DNA of 63,815 bases, the filler included, from Lenisia limosa (lineage: Eukaryota; Protista; Breviatea), in the NCBI GenBank assembly GCA_001655205.1. It is 13 parts of 13 records of this genome, joined end to end, with 100 filler letters (N's around TTAATTAATTAA, not from the genome) between each part and the next. Parts side by side here need not be neighbours in the genome. Positions count along the whole stretch, not along the records: positions 60,439 to 61,952 come from LPNZ01008500.1; positions 62,053 to 63,815 come from LPNZ01010786.1; 11 more parts are not named here. One strand, 5' to 3'. The notes under the pieces were generated by a model, which did no database searches, was not told the DNA's origin, and saw only the letters and a program-made list of their open reading frames with translations. Each line of letters starts with the position of its first letter. Within the stretch, counting starts at the first letter, position 1. A program made the translations under genes and the position numbers. Shown here piece after piece: positions 60,551 to 63,815 of the stretch.

Positions 60551-61466
60551 TTTGGACCTTATCGTTCTGCGCTATAACACCGTTGCCACCACCCTTCTTC
60601 CAGTTGAACAACCTCTCGGTATGCTGGGAGGACATGTAGATAGCCGTATGAAGAGAGTTAGAAGGTAAATGAGTGGGCGAATAAATGTTATACTATAATC
60701 CAATATCTCTTATTAGCGTTATCGTGTGGGCGGCTTCGGCCAGATACAAGGGTTTAGTTTTTTCATATTCCTGGAGTAACCCCCCCCCCCCNNNNNNNNN
60801 NNNNNNNNNNNNNNNNCCAATATTCGTCATCGAAATTTACTTCGTTTTACGAGTGTGGGATGCGGTGCTACAAAATCGACTGTCCTGGGCTTTGTTTTTT
60901 TGTTGATATTAACCTTCGTGTGTTGTCAGCCAACAAAGTTGACTTGGGCTTTTTTGTCTCATAAAATTCCTTCGTTTTACTCCCCCTCCCCATCACCGCT
61001 GCAGTGGCATCTCGTCTGGAAGAAGCTGACCGATTACTGGCTGACGGACTTGACCAAACTAAAGTGCGGGGGGGGGGGTGGATAAGGTTTTTGTTNNNNN
61101 NNNNNNNNNNNNNNNNNNNNNNNNNNNNNNNNNNNNNNNNNNNNNNNNNNNNNNNNNNNNNNNNNNNNNNCCAAAAATACTGGTAAAATATCGATAGTTT
61201 TCGAGGATTTATCGAGAAATGCGTTCTTTTTTCGAACCGAAATGCCCTGGGGGGAGGGGAGGGCTTTTAGGCTTTTTGTTTCATGAATATTCCACCCCTC
61301 TCCCCCCTTGGTCATTCAGTTGAATAATCTTACTCCTCTCCAGCTCAATTGGACGAGCGAAGTGATTACGCCCTTCATTGAGGCCGTCCACACCACTACC
61401 GATGCCACCCACTCCATATTGCAGCGTACCAAGTCAAACCTGTCTAAGATCAAGGCAAAACTCGAG
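60551..61466 (+). CDS. Axonemal (outer-arm beta/gamma-like) dynein heavy chain fragment, end of DHC_N1
   Basis: Exons 60551-60618, 61005-61063, 61344-61466 give LDLIVLRYNTVATTLLPVEQPLVASRLEEADRLLADGLDQTKLNWTSEVITPFIEAV...LQRTKSNLSKIKAKLE, matching the DNAH9/11/17-type L.LIV..YN....LL.VE.PL....L...D..L..G...LNW.S...TK.N...I pattern. Confidence 0.8.
60853..61004 (+). repeat. Most complete I3R copy, ending exactly at the acceptor AG (61003-61004)
   Basis: GTGTGGGATGCGGTGCTACAAAATCGACTGTCCTGGGCTTTG...AACCTTCGTGTGTTGTCAGCCAACAAAGTTGACTTGGGC...CATAAAATTCCTTCGTTTTACTCCCCCTCCCCATCACCGCTGCAG|. Confidence 0.82.
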
Positions 61467-62121
61467 GTAGGGTGAAAGGGGGCTAAATTCAGTAATTTTC
61501 TTGGTTTTTACTTCAACTTTTCTCAATTGTTTTGATTTAGGGTTTTTAGTTTCATTGGTTGTCNNNNNNNNNNNNNNNNNNNNNNNNNNNNNNNNNNNNN
61601 NNNNNNNNNNNNNNNNNNNNNNNNNNNNNNNNNNNNNNNNNNNNNNNNNNNNNNNNNNNNNNNNNNNNNNNNNNNNNNNNNNNNNNNNNNNNNNNNNNNN
61701 NNNNNNNNNTTCGTACCGAAATGAAGCCCGAACTCCGCCCCCCAGCATACTTTTGACTGAAATGTCCACAGCCTAAGTATTATCTGAAGAAAAATATCAA
61801 TAATATGCATATAAATAATAATCGGATTGAGCAGGATTTATCTCCAGAACCGCAGATTGAGCAGGATTAATCTCCAGAACTGCGGATAGATTTCATAATA
61901 TCTCTTGTTTTGATTTTATTTTATATTATCGGTTCTGGAGATAAAACTATTGNNNNNNNNNNNNNNNNNNNNNNNNNNNNNNNNNNNNNNNNNNNNTTAA
62001 TTAATTAANNNNNNNNNNNNNNNNNNNNNNNNNNNNNNNNNNNNNNNNNNNNTGTCAGTATTTAACCAACAGAGTTGTTTCGGGTTTATTTCGTTTGTTG
62101 TCTGTTTTTACCCCCACATAG

Positions 62122-63135
62122 GAGATATGAAAAGTGTCCCCGCGAAACCCATGAACTGCGTCAAACCTGAGTATCTGCCCCAGCTCGTTGAAATGGCAGA
62201 GGCTGCCAAAATCCTCTTAACGGAAAATGTGGGTATAGAATCACACCCCCATTGTTAATAATACCAACACATTCCTCTTGATTTACGTTTGAAAATGGGT
62301 TTCAGAGAAGGATTGTTTCGCATAGCAACTTAGTATGACGTTTTAGTCACACAAACTTCACACCCGCCTTCATCATTGATAAACCAATCGTCTTATCATT
62401 GATAAACCAACTGCTTCATCATTGATAAACAACAACTGTCTTAAAAACAACTAAATTATGTTAATTGTTTCGTATTCTTTGACCGTTTAGTTTGTCGGAA
62501 TCCTCTATATTCTCTGACTGTTTAGTACATCGGAATCCATATTCTTCTGGGTCGTCTGGAAGAAATTGGTTGTTTGGTGGGGGGGGGGGGGGNNNNNNNN
62601 NNNNNNNNNNNNNNNNNNNNNNNNNNNNNNNNNNNNNNNNNNNNNNNNNNNNNNNNNNNNNNNNNNNNNNNNNNNNNNNNNNNNNNNNNNNNNNNNNNNN
62701 NNNNNNNNNAGGGGGTAAGACTGAAGAGATTTGTTGTTTCGTGTGGGGTTGTTAATTAAATAAGGGTACCAGAAATACCCATGTATACATAGTTTGACTC
62801 TTTTCAGAGGAATCCGAAAACATTTGAATTGCCCACACACTATGACCTAGTTTTCTGTAAGTTGGTATACTATACGGTCCCAAATAAAAGACAGAATTTC
62901 TCGATAAATCCTCGATAAATATCGATATTTGATCAGTCTTTTTCGGACCGTCGGGAAGAGTAGGGCAATCTATATTTCACCAATCATTGTCGTATCGCAA
63001 TAAAACCCTTATCACCCTTCTCAGCCCTGCCTGGTGTATTTGTCTACGGCCTGCCGTACACATCCACTCTCTGTGTCGCTTTTGAGCCCTGCAATGAGCT
63101 CAGTGACTGGAAGCTTATCGTCAAAACTCGACGTT
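62122..63135 (+). CDS. Hypothetical spliced protein fragment
   Basis: Exons DMKSVPAKPMNCVKPEYLPQLVEMAEAAKILLTEN, YIGIHILLGRLEEI, FVYGLPYTSTLCVAFEPC...; the first acceptor is preceded by an I3R fragment (62065-62121). Confidence 0.4.
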
Positions 63136-63815
63136 TTCACCCAAAAACACTGCTACTGCCCAGGTGACGTCATCCAAAGTGANNNNNNNNNNNNNNNNNN
63201 NNNNNNNNNNNNNNNNNNNNNNNNNNNNNNNNNNNNNNNNNNNNNNNNNNNNNNNNNNNNNNNNNNNNNNNNNNNNNNNNNNNNNNNNNNNNNNNNTGTT
63301 GTTTTTTTTCTTATATTTTGCCAATAGGTAATTCGGTGTTTTTGTTGAATGTGTGATAAATCATCATCCCACCCCGGAATTGAGTTATTGAACCTAACCC
63401 CCACCCCATGTCCTTTCTGATATGTATCAGAAGTACTCATCGAGCGCGTCTGAAACCCCAAAGCTGTTTATTCCCCAATCACCTTCAAAAATTATCCCCC
63501 AATCTCCTTCAACAACTCAAACTGCAAGTGGTAGGCAGAGAGGAGCAGTTAATTATTTGAGGAAATTAATCGAAAAAATTTGAAATTGATGTCTCTCTAA
63601 GTCCTGCTACAATACAATATGCCCCACTACAAAATTCAAAATATATTTCTCAAGTAATTTCCCATGGTTTTACTATTTTTCCTCGATAATACCTCTATTT
63701 GCCTGCAAGTAGTAATAATTGGTTTAATCCTTCGAGATCCCATTGAAGCTATGTCTCCATAGTTTTTGACAAAATATCGATATTAACCTTAATACTGAAT
63801 TTTCCTCTCATTTTA

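Noticed and set aside
5431-62052. Twelve TTAATTAATTAA palindromes as a biological motif, and gene neighbourhoods across them
   Set aside because: Each is centred in exactly 100 nt with 44 Ns on each side, i.e. an artificial stop-codon linker. Synteny across linkers is not evidence.

Overview
Eukaryotic, AT-rich, intron-dense nuclear DNA from a draft assembly. Twelve 100-nt linkers (N44-TTAATTAATTAA-N44) split the window into 13 pieces whose adjacency cannot be trusted, and most genes are truncated. The ORF track is largely misleading because genes are spliced. Hand-splicing recovers: an integrin beta chain with at least 6 I-EGF repeats (1-5430, minus); proteasome beta-2; a sensor/TM/HAMP nucleotide cyclase; the XRN1 C-terminus; a CMGC-like pseudokinase; a CCCH-zinc-finger + methyltransferase-like protein; the DDX56/DBP9 C-terminus; a spliced pogo/DDE_1-like transposase fragment; a cytoplasmic dynein-1 tail; an ankyrin-repeat protein; and an axonemal outer-arm-type dynein fragment. 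Integrin beta plus axonemal dynein suggests a flagellated non-animal protist (inference). The most unusual signals are (1) a ~140-nt repeat found almost only at intron 3' ends in host-sense orientation, running into the branch-point/acceptor, with one inverted terminal copy at a donor (introner-like); (2) several ~80-100-bp TA-flanked MITE families, one with a shared core behind different TIRs; (3) an unrecognised multi-copy, intron-bearing, mostly frameshifted protein family (3-4 copies); (4) two intron classes, 27-35-nt AT-rich versus longer introns bracketed by G-runs and C-runs. No rRNA, CRISPR or convincing tRNA genes were seen. All homology calls are from remembered family motifs, not database searches.
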